Source: the human T2T-CHM13v2.0 reference genome, Homo sapiens
Direction: 5' to 3' (one strand)
Assembly: GCF_009914755.1 (NCBI RefSeq)
Contig: NC_060925.1
Length of the DNA stretch: 64,000 bases
Shown here: positions 45,311 to 63,879 of the stretch, piece by piece
How positions within the stretch are numbered: position 1 is the first letter of the stretch
Layout: the number at the start of each line of letters is the position of its first letter
Translations under genes and position numbers: made by a program
The notes under the pieces: generated by a model
Told to the model about the DNA's origin: nothing
What the model saw: only the letters and a program-made list of their open reading frames with translations
Database searches by the model: none

Positions 45311-45900
45311 GGCTGGGCGCGGTGGATCACGCCTGTAATCCCAGCACTTTGGGAGGCCAAGGTGGGTTGATCACAAGGTCAGGAGTTCGAGACCAACCTG
45401 GCCAATATGGTGAAGCCCTATCTCTACTAAAAATACAAAAATTAGCCGGGCGTGGTGGTGGGTGCCTATAGTCCCAGCTTCTCAAGGAGAATTGCTTGAA
45501 CCCAGGAGGCAGAGGTTGCAGTGAGCTGAGATCGCACCACTGCACTCCAGCCTGGAGACTCCGTTTCAAAAAAAAAGAAAAAGAGACTGAATTTGTGTTG
45601 AAATTTAAGCTCAGGCTGGGCATGGTGGCTCACACCTAAAATCTCAGTACTTTGGGAGGCTGAGGTGGGAGGACTGCTTGAGGCCAGGAGTTCAAGACCA
45701 GCCTGGGCAAAATAGCAAGACCCGTCTCTACTTAAAAATAAAATAAAATAAAATAATTTTATGTGCCTATAGTCCCAGCTACTCAGGAGGTAGAGGGAGG
45801 AGAATTGCTTGAGCCCAGGAGTTTGAGCCTGCAGTGAGTTATGTTGGCACCATTGCACTCTACCCTGGGTAACTCTGTCTCCAAAAAAGAAAGAAAGAAA
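45311..45900 (+). mobile_element. Two tandem Alus (AluS 45311-45580; AluJ 45614-45900)
   Basis: Dimers with internal deletions and A tails. Confidence 0.85.
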
Positions 45901-46110
45901 TTTAAGTTCATATCTCTTGGGAAAGTAAGGATTTAACCTGGAGTGGGTCAATTTTAGCTTATTTAAACAACTGGAACCAGATATTTTTTGCTTCCTAATT
46001 CGGAATACAAAAATAATGCAGCCAAAAGAAGCATCATTATTGATCCCTGAAAAATTTACTCCAGTTTAAAAATCCTTATTAGAAGACCAGTATGCCAGTA
46101 AAACATAAAG

Positions 46111-46141
<31 letters not shown>
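46111..46141. repeat. (TA)n microsatellite
   Basis: About 15 TA units. Confidence 0.95.
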
Positions 46142-46143
<2 letters not shown>

Positions 46144-46377
46144 AGCAGCTATCATATACGAGGAACATAATATTGAAATGATGCATGAGGACTGTAAATA
46201 GGATTAGGCTTCTAGCTGAGTATTCTTACCTATTTGATTTAATATCAATTTTTCTTTTATCCTTTAGGGAGAGTTCTATTTGGGAGCTTGTGGGCAATAG
46301 TAATTATCAGCAAGAGGCTGAATTGGAATAAGAGGAGGTCCCACTGTGATATGTTACAAAGTAAATCTCATGAATAA

Positions 46378-46670
<293 letters not shown>

Positions 46671-47230
46671 AAGAATTTTTAATTGCAATAAATGATGAGA
46701 CATGACAAGTTCTATGGTGGCCATAAATAAATGCATGTAGCAAGGAAAATGAGGTTACATAATGTATACATTATTATACCTTGATTTTCCTTATGTACAT
46801 TGTTATTGATAGTACACAGATTTGACATGAGGTTTAATTAGTATTTATAATGTATTTAAGAATATCCTACTAAAGCATATGGTGTTTAGACACAGTATTA
46901 TTAAACATAATATTTTTTACATTTATATGTCACTTTTCATTTGAGGCTTTCAATTCAATAATTAATTGTTTCCTTAATGTATGATTTCCACTTCATTTCA
47001 GGGGAAATTGAGGAACAGGCAAATTTTCACATGACAGAATATAATAAAGTTTCCCTTTACAATACCCCAATCATTTTGCAACATTTTTTAAATGAAAAAT
47101 TTTAAACATACAGAAACGTTTAAAGAATCTAACATTTGCATATGTACTCTTTCATTATGGGTAACACATTTAATTGTATTTTGTTCAGGGCTAGAGCACT
47201 GGAGGTTATACTTATTAAATCAATCGGACT

Positions 47231-48055
<825 letters not shown>

Positions 48056-48539
48056 TTATTGGGATCCAATATGTGCCAAAGATAGTATTAGGCATCCTTG
48101 CATGTATTATTTCATTTGATCCACATGACTACCCTGTGAGATGTTATTCCCATTTTACACATAAGAAAACTGGCTAAGAGAAGTCAAGTAATTTGTCTGC
48201 GGCTGTGAATTCAATTTAAATTCACAGCTTAAACTCTTTTCACTACATCTGAATGCATCATTTTCAAGATCTTTTCTGGGCCTGGAGTAAGTTGACAGTA
48301 TTTATGTAAAACATGTAATACTGTATCTGTATGTATGCTCCTCTTCCCCACGCTCATTCACATTTACCGTGATTAATACACATGTTAATAAAACCCTAGA
48401 CTTAGAACTAGGATATAGAATCCAGTCGTTTAGGTACTTAATGTTTAGTTCTCTCCTCCAGAAAACAGGAATAATTACCGCCTTTTTTCCACTCCAAAGA
48501 ATTGATGTGATAATTAGGGAGATAAGATTAGTTACTAGT

Positions 48540-48965
48540 CATAACAAGAATAAACTACAACTCCCAAAATGCCCAGAGGAAGAGGCTGACGCCAGTCCAG
48601 GAGACAGTTCCAGCTTTAGGGCAAAGGTGACCCCACTGGGTCCCGTGGCGAAAGAGAGAGCCGCCGGTCCTCGCCTTTTTTCTGATGCATCCAGGGATTT
48701 GTAGTTCCCTTACGGCCACCAAGTGCACTTAGGGCAGGCCTCTTACTACGAGTCCCGTGATGACCCGAGGCCGGGCAGCGCCTGCGTATTGAAGCCGAGG
48801 GAGCGTGCGGGCGGTACTACTGGCGGGAGGAGTAAAGATGGCGGCGCGAGGGTCTCCGCCCTCTGCTCCGGGCTGAAGCGCTCTGAGAGAGGCGGCAGCG
48901 GCAACTCGAGCCCCAACAGTAATTTAGTGTTGGTAGTTTTGGCAGCAGCTGCCGAGGCCGGAGCA
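48540..48965 (+). promoter_or_regulatory. PPP1R12B: PPP1R12B CpG-island promoter/5' UTR with three ACTACAnnTCCC (ZNF143/THAP11-type) motifs and a YY1 motif
   Basis: Motifs at 48554, 48687 (-) and 48745; AAGATGGCGGC at 48835-48845; high CpG. Confidence 0.75.
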
Positions 48966-49256
48966 ATGGCGGAACTGGAGCACCTAGGAGGGAAGCGGGC
49001 AGAGTCGGCGCGAATGCGGCGGGCAGAGCAGCTTCGGCGCTGGCGGGGCTCGCTGACAGAGCAGGAGCCTGCGGAGCGACGAGGCGCGGGGCGGCAGCCG
49101 CTGACCAGGCGCGGGAGCCCCAGGGTCCGCTTCGAGGACGGTGCTGTCTTTCTGGCCGCCTGCTCTAGCGGGGACACCGACGAGGTGAGAAAGCTTCTGG
49201 CAAGAGGTGCTGATATCAACACGGTCAACGTGGACGGCTTGACAGCCCTGCACCAG
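48966..49256 (+). CDS. PPP1R12B: PPP1R12B (MYPT2) exon 1 CDS, 97 codons: MyPhoNE motif RAEQLRRW, RVxF motif RVRF, first ankyrin repeat; the gene continues beyond the window
   Basis: GCAATGG Kozak; CAG|GTAACT donor; MYPT-family N-terminus (DGLTALHQ). Confidence 0.97.
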
Positions 49257-50689
49257 GTAACTCCTTTCTTGGTCTTAGAGGCGTCCAGTCTCCTACAGAT
49301 GCGCCTTTGACCCTGCGAGCCACCCCATGGGGAGTATCAGTGTTGCCGCCGACTCCTTCTGCATGGACACTGCCCTTTTGGGCTAATCGGTTTCATTCTT
49401 GGCCAGCTTCCTCCACTAATCAAGTCTTTTTCTGACCCCAGGGTCTTAGGAATAGCGTCACCCCGCTGCTTGGTCAGTGTTTGTATTTCCCTCCACCTAC
49501 TTGTGTTGTCATGGTTACTGGTGATTTTTGTCCCTGGTCTTATCCCTGTAGATTAGTTATCTTCACTTATGTCTGGTTGGCGTGCCTGCACACCGCGTCA
49601 CTCATAGGCACAGTGTCATTTGTTTGATGCCCTTTCAGAAAATTCAGTTGTTGTGTGTCCCCGTTATAGAATATCTTATATCACTTAAAGAGTAAAGCCC
49701 TTTACTGGGTAAAGACAAGCAGGTCTGAAACCACACCTCTTGTTTTGTTGATTTGTAGTACTTCAAAACAGTTTGTGTTGCCTCTAGGCTACAGCTCCTA
49801 GAACACGCTGGACCTCGTTGTTTTAGGTATCTTAACTTCCTTCTCAGCAGTGCTACCTCCCTGAGAGCTTCCTATGGAGAACTAAGTTACTGAATTACCT
49901 CTGTTTGATACTTATGGAATAGCTTTTCTATTTTTCTATTTTTTTTTCTAAAGTGCTCTATAGAAATCCCATGCCCCATGTATAGCTATACTATATGGAT
50001 TGTGGATAATCTGTGCTTGGTAACGACACCTTTACTTCTGTCACCTAATGCAGCAATATTCTCTGTCTACTGACTGCCATGACTAACTACCCCTCTCTCC
50101 TCAAATGGAACTTCATCAGTTATTTTGGTGAGCTGAGAGCCGGACACCCACTCTTAATCTTTTGTATTTTTCTTCTTCTGCCGTCTGTGCAAAGTGAATG
50201 TATTGGCATGAGAATCTACTTCTAAATAATAACTCAACTTTATATCAGACCACTTCCCTAAATATATTTAGCCAATAGCTTAAAAAGTTACTTCTCACTA
50301 TGTTTGCAACCCTTCTATTTCAGGTAGAAGAAACTCTTTCACCCTATTTTGTACCCATTTTTTTTTCCTGCTGATAATATTTCCCCACCTGAGGTAGTAA
50401 CCAATATTTGTAGAGTGCTTTGCTGTTTGATTTCATATGTCTTACCCCATGTGAGTTTCAGCAGTGATCCTTTGAAGTAGGTGTGGCAGGTAGTGTTGTT
50501 ATTCTCATTTTACAGATGAGGAAACTGAAGCTCAGGAAAATTATTTGTGCAAAGTTAGAAAGTAAAGAAGTGGCCCATAGGCATGGATTTTTCAGACTTA
50601 TGTCACAGAGATCTCTATCTCACTTAATAAGGAGCTGAATGTAAAATGAGATAAAAGCTAAGAGAACCACATTAAATTCTAAACTTTAA

Positions 50690-51050
<361 letters not shown>

Positions 51051-51325
51051 TAAGAGAAGAAGGGGATGACAGCTATGGATTTTTTTTTAACATCTATAAA
51101 TGCAATATAAGCATTCCTTTCCATTTATAGGGCTGACAAGGAGTTGAACTGAACAAGTATACTCGATTCTAGACAAATTCAGCTAAAAATTAAGCTGCTT
51201 AAAGATTTGAGGTCTGTTGAGAAACTGTATCTTTGAATCAAGACAACGGGCCTTTATTGGCTTCAGAACATTACAAGTCAGTTTCCGAAGAGTTACAATG
51301 TGTGTCTCCATGACTTGGAGAAGTT

Positions 51326-51326
51326 T

Positions 51327-51357
<31 letters not shown>

Positions 51358-51648
51358 AAAAAAAAAAAAACAGTGTCTCACTGTATCTCCCAGGCTGGAG
51401 TACAGTGGTGCAGTCTCAGCTCACTGCAACCTCCGTCTCCCAAGTTCAAGCTATTCTCATGCATCAGCCTCCCAAGTAGCTGGAACTATAGGTGCCCACC
51501 ACCATGCCCAGCTAATTTTTGTATTTTTAGTAGGGATGGGGTTTCGCCATGTTGGCCAGGCTGGTCTCAAACTCTTGGCCTCAAATGATCTGCCTGCCTC
51601 GGCCTCCCAAAGTGCTGGGATTACAGGCATGAGCCACCGCGCATGGCC
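51326..51648 (-). mobile_element. AluS with (TTG)n tail-derived microsatellite
   Basis: Reverse dimer; (TTG)9 at 51326-51355. Confidence 0.88.
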
Positions 51649-52716
51649 GACCTGGAGAACTCCTAAGGTACATAAAAGACTATTTTCAAATGGGAGACTG
51701 GAGCTGTTGGTAGCTGAACCACCTACTTTACAATGGATTCACCTTCTGTGAAATGGAGAGTGAGTGGTACAATTATCTGAATTATTTATTTAAAATGTCC
51801 ATTTGTTATACAAGCACGATATAAATTATCTGGATAATTGCTTCTTTTCTCTCTTTTGGCCATGGCCACTTGACCAACTGTGGATTATTGTCTTGGCATG
51901 TTAGAAGCCCCCAGATAATACTGGGGGACAATTTTTCTCCTCCTACAACGTCACAGTAGATGATTTGCACTGCAGCTTGTGGTGCCTTGATGCTTCTTTT
52001 GGACTTAGAGACCTTCTTTCTTGGCAGCCTTTGCTGAGACCACGAGGTGCTTGAGTCAAAGATAACAAGCTCCAGGGGGCCTATTAATAATACTTGAGTT
52101 AGACCGGGATAAGAAGTATCTCAAAGGTTAGACCAACTCTGATGAAAGCCTTGGAAACTGATGCAGACTAAATTTCAGTGACTAAATTAAGATTTGGTGT
52201 GTATGCATGTGTTGTCCTAGAGTCCTTAACAAGGTATTAATCTGATTATAGAACCCTTGAAAGCACTTGTTTGCTCACAAAGGAATTTCTGTTTCATTTG
52301 CGTATACACATTGTAAGGCCAGGAATATTTGTTAATAATTCTATGTGGAATAGTACTTTAAATTTTTTCTTTTATTTATTTATTAAGTTTGACTGTTAGC
52401 ACCTATCTTGATATCCTTAGCATTATAATCTTAGGTACTCTAGGCCTAGATACATGATATCTACCAAATTATTGCTGTGGGAAGAGGCAAGTGCCTACTT
52501 TCAGAAAAGAGATTTTTCTAGGATTTATTAAAATGAATGCTTACTTACTTCAGCATGTATTATGTTGACTCTTAAATCTGTGCTGAGTGTGGTGAGGGAT
52601 GCTGGATTTCAGTCACCATAGGTCTTGTCTCTTAGCACGGTCTGATCAGTCTTCATCTGGAGGGCTACCAAGGAGATTAGAATAATTCCATACTTGACTC
52701 AGAAATTCACACTGGC

Positions 52717-53089
<373 letters not shown>

Positions 53090-53700
53090 TCAGTTTGTAG
53101 GTGAATAAGCCTTTGTCATTCTAGAGTTGCCTCAGTCTGACGCTGTAGACTTAGGGAGGCTAAAATCACGTATTTCTCAGGAAGAGAGATGGAGATAGGA
53201 ACAAGTGAGGGGAGGAGGATAGGCTGAGCAATTTATATTCAGACAGAGACAGAAGATGAGTAAGATGAATGTGTGTTCAGTTCAATATAAAATAGTATAT
53301 TTTGTGTGCTAACTCATATGGTAAAATAAAACTTGTGCTTTTAACCTTTTCTCTTTTATTCTACATTTATTACTCATTCCTCTCCTGGTTCCACCTGCGA
53401 AGTTACTTTTGCCTTACCCTGAATATTGATGAATTCTGCTTAGTGTCAGGACCCATGGCAACATAGGATTCAGAAAAATCCTGTTTGCTCCTTTATTATT
53501 GTGCATCTAGAATAGTCATCTATCCTGAGCCATTTTAGTAGCTTACCTCTTCAAATTGCTTAATATGTTGCATCAGACTATGTTGGACCTCAAAGCCATA
53601 TTGGGAAATTCAGCTTTTTGTCTGTGTGGTTTTTTTTTTTGAAAGTATAAATAAAAATGACTTTCATTTGTTCCGCAGAATTTCTTCCCTATTCTTCTTC

Positions 53701-53702
<2 letters not shown>

Positions 53703-53752
<50 letters not shown>
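53703..53752. repeat. (TG)n microsatellite at the tail of a reverse AluJ (to about 54035)
   Basis: About 25 TG units followed by reverse Alu. Confidence 0.92.
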
Positions 53753-53754
<2 letters not shown>

Positions 53755-54452
53755 ACAGGGTCTTGCCCTGTTACCCAGACTGGAGTGTGGTGGTGTGACC
53801 ATGGATCACTGCAGCTGCAACCTCTCAGGCTCAAGTGATCCTCCCCACCTCAGCCTCCTTAGTAACTGGGACTACAGGCACACCCCATCATACCCAGCTA
53901 ATTTTTAAAATTTTTTGTAGACAAGGGGGTCTCACTATGTTGCCAGGGCTGATCTTGAACTCCTGGGCTAAAACAATCCTCCCCCCTCGGCCTCCCAAAG
54001 TGCTCGGATTACAAGTAGGAGCCACTATGCCTGGCCTCTCCCCAATTCTTCAACTCCTGCTGAATAACTGTATATCACCATTTGGGCTTTTAGAATCTTC
54101 TACTCTGTGAGTATTTTGAAATAGGCAACCTGTCAATATATATGGATTAAGCACAATTCTGCCAAAGGTAAGGAGTTGGACCAGTCTTGTTGTTAACATA
54201 AAACTAAGTAGTTTATTTTTTTCTTTTAAAATATTTTAAAACTAAGATATACTTTATATACAATAAAATTCACTCTTTGTAGTGTAGCATCCTATGAGTT
54301 TTGACAAATGCGTACAGTTGTGGAACCACCACTGTAATCAAGATGTAGAACGTTACCCTCAAGATTTTTTGTGCTCCTTGGTAGACAGCTCCTCCCACCC
54401 TCAGCCCATGACAGTCATTCATCAGTTATTTTGTCCCAATAATCACAATAGA

Positions 54453-54722
54453 TGGAGGCTGAGGCAGGAGGATCACTTGAGCTCAGGAGTTTGAGACCAG
54501 CATGGGCAACATAGCAAAACCTTGTCTTTACAAAAAAATAAAATTAGCCAGGCATGTTGGTGCATGTCTGTAGTTGCAGCTACTTGGGAGGCTGAGGCGG
54601 GAGGATAGCTTGAGTCCAGGAACTGGAGTTGCAGTGAGCCATGATCGTGCCACTGCATTCCAGCCTGGATGACAGAGTGACACCCTGTGTCTATAAACAA
54701 ACAAGAGCCACCATGCCTGGCC
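54453..54722 (+). mobile_element. 5'-truncated AluJ followed by an inverted Alu 5' end
   Basis: Forward body, then gagccaccatgcctggcc. Confidence 0.8.
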
Positions 54723-54777
54723 TAGAGTAAAGTTTTTGATATTTGAATAATATGCCATTAATTACATGTGTCCCATT

Positions 54778-55371
<594 letters not shown>

Positions 55372-56007
55372 TAATTAACAACTAATATTGAATGTCTAAA
55401 TGGTAGATTGTAAGTCTGTACTAGAGTATATATGTGGTATAATTTCTGCCCTCAAGGAACTAACAGTCAGGTTTGGAAACAGATAAATAAAAAAAAGATT
55501 CCTTTTAGAGTTCCAAATTCTATGATACCCTGGAAAGGATGTATTCCTAAGTGGAAGGACAAACGAAGGCAGTCCAGGATGGTAGAGCAGCATGGGCGAA
55601 TAAATAGGAATGGGTGTGGTGTGTAGGCAGAGGATGCTAGGAAATCCTAATGGATGTGTTTGAAGGGTTAGAGATGAGAGAGAGTCAGGGTGACATCCTA
55701 GAGGGCTTTGAACATCAAACATCAGGCCAAGGTGGCTTGATGGACTCCTTAGTAGAGAATTTTTGTGGGTTTGAGCAGGGTCGTTACCCAACCAAAGCAG
55801 TATTTTAGGATTCTGAAGCAGCACTTGGATTTCTGAATGAATGGAGAGACAGAGTTGAGAGAACCAGCTGAGTGAATGGAGATGAGAAAAAAGTGTAGTA
55901 CAATTCTAGCTTGTGAGTCTGAAAGAATTGTGTTATTCAGGTAGAAATAGTATTCAGTCAACGATTAGACTGAGGTACTCTGAAGACGTACAAATAGAAA
56001 TCTCCTA

Positions 56008-56337
<330 letters not shown>

Positions 56338-56553
56338 ATCCTGTAGGTATCTATGTGACTCAAGGCTAGTCACTTTCCTATCTATGCTCCAGTTTTCTCA
56401 TATTTGAGACAAGAGACTTGATTTTAGCATAAAGGTGAGAGTTGAAGTAATGAGTGTGAAAGAGGAAAGGGAGAAAACATACAGAGAAGAGCAGAAAACA
56501 CAAGCAGCTGGTAGGCAGAGAATGCAGAAATTCAAGTTAGAGCTGTTGGAAGA

Positions 56554-57367
<814 letters not shown>

Positions 57368-58496
57368 GAGAAGAACCGACAAACAGTGATATTGAGGTAT
57401 TTCAAGGAATGGATGGTAAATAATGTAAAAGGAAATTGAGGAGAAGGCCTGTAAAAAGACTGTTGGATTTGGTCATTTAAACTTTGAAAGAGCACTTTCA
57501 GTAGAGATATTTTTGAAGACTTTTGTGGAGGTTATATGAAGTTTTTTTTTGCATTAAGGATAACTTGTCTTTCTGTTGACTTTTGGGAGAAAAAATATAG
57601 ATTTTCCATCAATATAATTGTAATTTAAATGAGGGCCCAAAATATGTGGCAAGACACTTTAAAAGCTGAATTCTGGCTAGTTCAGGTGGTTTCATTATTC
57701 ATCAGTTAAGAATATTTTAGGATATTAAACCTGATAATAGGGGCAAGAAAGTTATGTCCCTATTACTGATGGCTGCTTATCTAGTTTATTTTACTTCTCA
57801 GTCTAGTTTGGCCCATTTCCCACTCATTAGCACTTCCACTGGAAGGCAGCCTTGGGGGAACAGTGATAGGGAGGTTAGTACCAATAAACAGTTTTTTCTG
57901 CCATTCTCTTACATTTATTTCTTGAGTGTCTACTGTGTATCTGATTCTGTGCTGCTTGTTACTTTTACTTAGCAGTAGATACAATTTAGAAACTAACTTG
58001 AATTTTGGGATTGGTCTCCAGAATAGTTGGTTACTATTATAACTTATAATAGGAAATTGGCTACATAACCGATTTCTGTTCTAGCATTCTGGCTCTTGAG
58101 GAGTGTCAGGGGAGTACTATATTTATCAGTATTTGAGACTATTTTATGCTTATGGAGGAGAATTACATATATATCTTCTCTAAGATGGTGAAATATGGAG
58201 GTTTGGGATGTCTAATAAATCTTTAATGGTTCAACATAGTAATAATAAATCCAGATTAAGACCTTGGCCCAGAATGTCATATAGGACAAGGAATTGAAGC
58301 CTCATTTGGATTGCTAATTGAGTGCTTGCCCAATTTGTTGATGTTGTTTTTGTCTGTGAATATGTTGGGGTTTTTCCTGCTTTTGAAGTGTCATTTAAAA
58401 AAATTGTTTCTTCTGATCTTAGATTGTAACCAGTTTGAGTAAAATTTGGGGGCTTAAAGTTTTATCAGGCATGCAGAGTTTATGTTTGTTTCATGA

Positions 58497-58867
<371 letters not shown>

Positions 58868-59269
58868 TTAATGAAATATTCTACTTCATTATAGTTATGG
58901 AATAGGTTTATACAAAAATTTAGAGATGATTTTATATTTAGTATACTTAAATGTTATGACACAGTGATAATCTGTTAGAATATTAATCTAATGCAAATTT
59001 GGGGAATATTTTATGGTGCCATGCTCTAAATATTCATGATATATCTGGCATGATATATGTATCTGGTTTTTCTGTATTAATTATTGGTCTAGTGACTCTC
59101 TTTTAAGCATTTTATTATGGAATATTTCAAAATAGAAGATACAAAAGTAGAGAGAATGGTATAATGAATTCTCAAAAGTGATCAACTTATGGCCAATCTT
59201 GTTTCATTTATAGATCCTCATCTCCAGTATACTGGATTATTTTATAGCCAATCCTAGATATCACATAAT

Positions 59270-59950
<681 letters not shown>

Positions 59951-60536
59951 ATTTCATTGGCACACCTAAAAGTCAAAATCTTGTTTCTTAAAATTATATT
60001 TTAGTAGTGTTTAAGTTTCCCTGATTGTTCACAGGTGTGTGTGTGTGTGTTTTAACAGTTGGTTTATTCAAGTCATGATTCAAATAAGGTCTGTTTTGAT
60101 TGATACGTATTTTAATCTATGGTTTCCTCCTCATTTTTTTTCTCTTACCTTATTTGTTGAAAACCTGGGTTGTTTGTACTTTAGAGTTTCTCTACAACCT
60201 AGATTTTTCTGACTGCTTGCTTGTGGTGTTAAGGTGTTCTTTTGTCCCACGTGTTTTCTATAAACTAGTAATTAGAGATTAGGTCTGATTCAGATTCCAA
60301 TTTTTTGGTAAGAGTACATCATAAGTGGTGGTATGTACTTCCATGAGAAGGCAAATAATGTCAGGTTATCTCTCTTTGTGATTTAGTGGCCATTGATGGC
60401 CTGCAAAAATTTTGAAGTTTCAAGCCAGTCTTGACTAGACCTGAATTCCATTAATTAGTGAATTATTCTAATTATCATCACATCACAAGAAGCTCCTTGT
60501 ATTGCGCTTCTAATTGGGTTACCAGTGATCAGCTTA

Positions 60537-61314
<778 letters not shown>

Positions 61315-61340
61315 TCCATTAACTCTTAACTGAAGTTCCC

Positions 61341-61748
61341 TATATTAGTCTGTTTTTGTTGCTATAAAGGAATACGTGAGACTAGGTAATTTATAAAGAA
61401 AAGAGGTTTAATTGGCTCACAGTACTGCAGGCTATACAGGAAGCATGAGGCCAGCATCTGCTCATGGTGAGGGCCTCGGGAAGCTTACAGTCATGCAAAA
61501 GGCAAAGGGGAAGCAGGTGCATCACATAGAGCAGGAGAAAGAGAGAGAGGTGGGAGGTACCATACTCTTTTAAACAATCAGATCTCCTGTGAAGAGAAGA
61601 ACTCACTCATTGCCATGGAAAGGACACCATGCCATTTATGAGGGAGTTGCCCTTGTAATCCACACATTTCCCACCAGGCCCCACTTCCAAAATTGGGGAT
61701 CACATTTCAACATGAAATTTGGAGGGCACAAATATCCAAACCATATCA
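61341..61748 (+). mobile_element. MST (MSTA/B-like) MaLR solo LTR
   Basis: 5-bp TSD TTCCC; ggtaatttataaagaaaagaggtttaattggctcacag signature. Confidence 0.88.
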
Positions 61749-62944
61749 TTCCCCTTATTTTGAAATATTGTTCAGAATTCCAGTTCAGTAATATGGTTTC
61801 TTATTCCCTAAGTCAACTGCCAGCCCTTGAGGTCCATTATGAAAGAAAACTTCAAAGGGAACGCTCCAAAGAAAACTAAAAAAAAAATAGTAACTTGGCG
61901 GTGCAAGGAGAAGAAAGAGACCTGCTTTATAAGAGATAGGAAGAGTGTCCATTCTAGCTACATCAGTTTTGGGCAGTCAACTGTGGGCAAATGATGTGCT
62001 TGTCTTAGAAAATGGAAGTGACATTGGGGCATTCATATGGAGATTGGGTTGATTGGCTGGCTTTTGTTGTGCTCTTTGAGGCCTAAGAGAAATTGGCCCT
62101 TCTAATTGAATGTGAATTTCACAGTGGGATGTATGGTTTTATGAACTGTTTTATTTATATGCGGGCATTTCAGGGGAGGCAGATTACTTTTTTTTTTTTT
62201 CCTGCTTCTTGGCAACATTTTTGCCAGGTTTCTTTTTTTAGTTAGTGATTTTTATTTTTTTTAAAGTTGGTTGGTCTAGCGATGAAATGTGACGTTAAAA
62301 TGCCAAAACAGATTGTGTTTGGGTCCTGTGGATGCAGCTTCACTGTTTTGTAATTATTCCTCTTGTATTGATTTTCCTCCCCATGTTTAAATTGTTCCTC
62401 CTTGACAGTAGATAGCATGAAAAATGAGGTCAAAAGAATAACTCACCTCATTATAAATCACTAGGGGTAATGGAAAGTGATTCTGAAGGATGACCAGGAT
62501 TCCTTCCATCTGTTAAGAATCATTTCACCTGTTGAAGAGTTCCTACAGCACAAGGACTCTAGTGGTGAGCCGCATCCATTCCAACTTCACAATTGCCGTA
62601 CAGGGCTAGTATTAGGAGAATTTGACTGCTAGAACTCTAAGTGCTTAACAGGTATTTTTTAAAGCAGGCAACATCTTTATCATTGGCACCAGTTTTCAGT
62701 TGAGAGTGGAGACTGCCTTGCTTCAGCTCTGTGTGTGCTATAGCCAGTTCATGACAGAATCAGCAAGGCCCAGGGTTTTTTTTTTTTTTTTTTTGTAATA
62801 AGGAAATAACTTTGAAAAATTAAAATTATAAATTTAATTTTTCTGCTCATTACCTAAATTATTGCAAGAAGATTATCTTCATTTTTCTTAATATCAAGAT
62901 AAATGTTCTGTCCTGTCTCTATAATGCACTTCTGTAGTTTGAAT

Positions 62945-63255
62945 GTTTATTTATTTATTTATTTATTTATGTTTGAGACAGAGTTTCCCTCTGTTGCCCA
63001 GGCTGGAGTGCAATGGCACGATCTTGGCTCACTGCAACTTCTGCCTACTGGGCTCAGGTGATTCTTGTGCCTCAGCCCCCTGAGTAGCTGGGACTACAGG
63101 CATGCACCATCATGCCCAGCTGATTATTGTATTGTTATTGGAGATGGGGTTTCGCCATGTTGATCAGGCTGGTCTGGAACTCCTGGACTCAAGTGATCCA
63201 CCCATCTTGGCCTCCCAAAGTGCTGGGATTGCAGGCATGAGCCACCATATCCAGC
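62945..63255 (-). mobile_element. Alu (J/S)
   Basis: Reverse dimer; TSD CTGTAGTTTGAAT. Confidence 0.88.
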
Positions 63256-63879
63256 CTGTAGTTTGAATCTTTAAACAGTCAAATGATCTGTTATTAATTT
63301 TGGGGGGCACATTTGTATTGAGCACTTCCTGGATGCCAGATGCTGTTGTATACTGGGATACAAACATGGCATACAACTGTGTCTTGCTCTCAGGCATCCC
63401 ACAGTTACTGACAAACTCATAATTTTAAAGATCTATTCTGGTCTATATTGCTTGTACTTCATGTTGATTCCATTTCCTATTAATCTGTTCATAGTAAAAG
63501 TGGAGAAAAGGGTATTGATCATTATCTACACATTTACCTTTGTATGTTTTAAGATAATCAAGACCTTGTCATTAGCCTTCTCTAATAAGGATAAACATGT
63601 GCATTCTTTAATTTAGTTTCCAAATCATTAATCGTTTTGTCTATCTCTCCTGGGAATTTCTAGTTCCCTTTGGGTCCCCTGGCTCTGTGAGAAGAGACTG
63701 TAATGTCTTCAGCTCTGGGGACCACCACTAGGGTGAAAGACTATTATAGGACCACTTGAAAGTACAGAGTTGCAGGACTGTCAGATATGCGTTTGTTTTA
63801 TTAGAAGATTATGAAGTTCCAGGATATTATAGCAAAAAGAACATTAGAGGACACCATTTGACCCACCTGTGCCATTTTA

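Noticed and set aside
48723-49310. 195-aa ORF suggesting an N-terminally extended or intron-read-through MYPT2
   Set aside because: It starts at a GTG within the promoter motif cluster, probably upstream of the TSS, and the 3' part runs past a strong donor; an open frame is expected in a CpG island.
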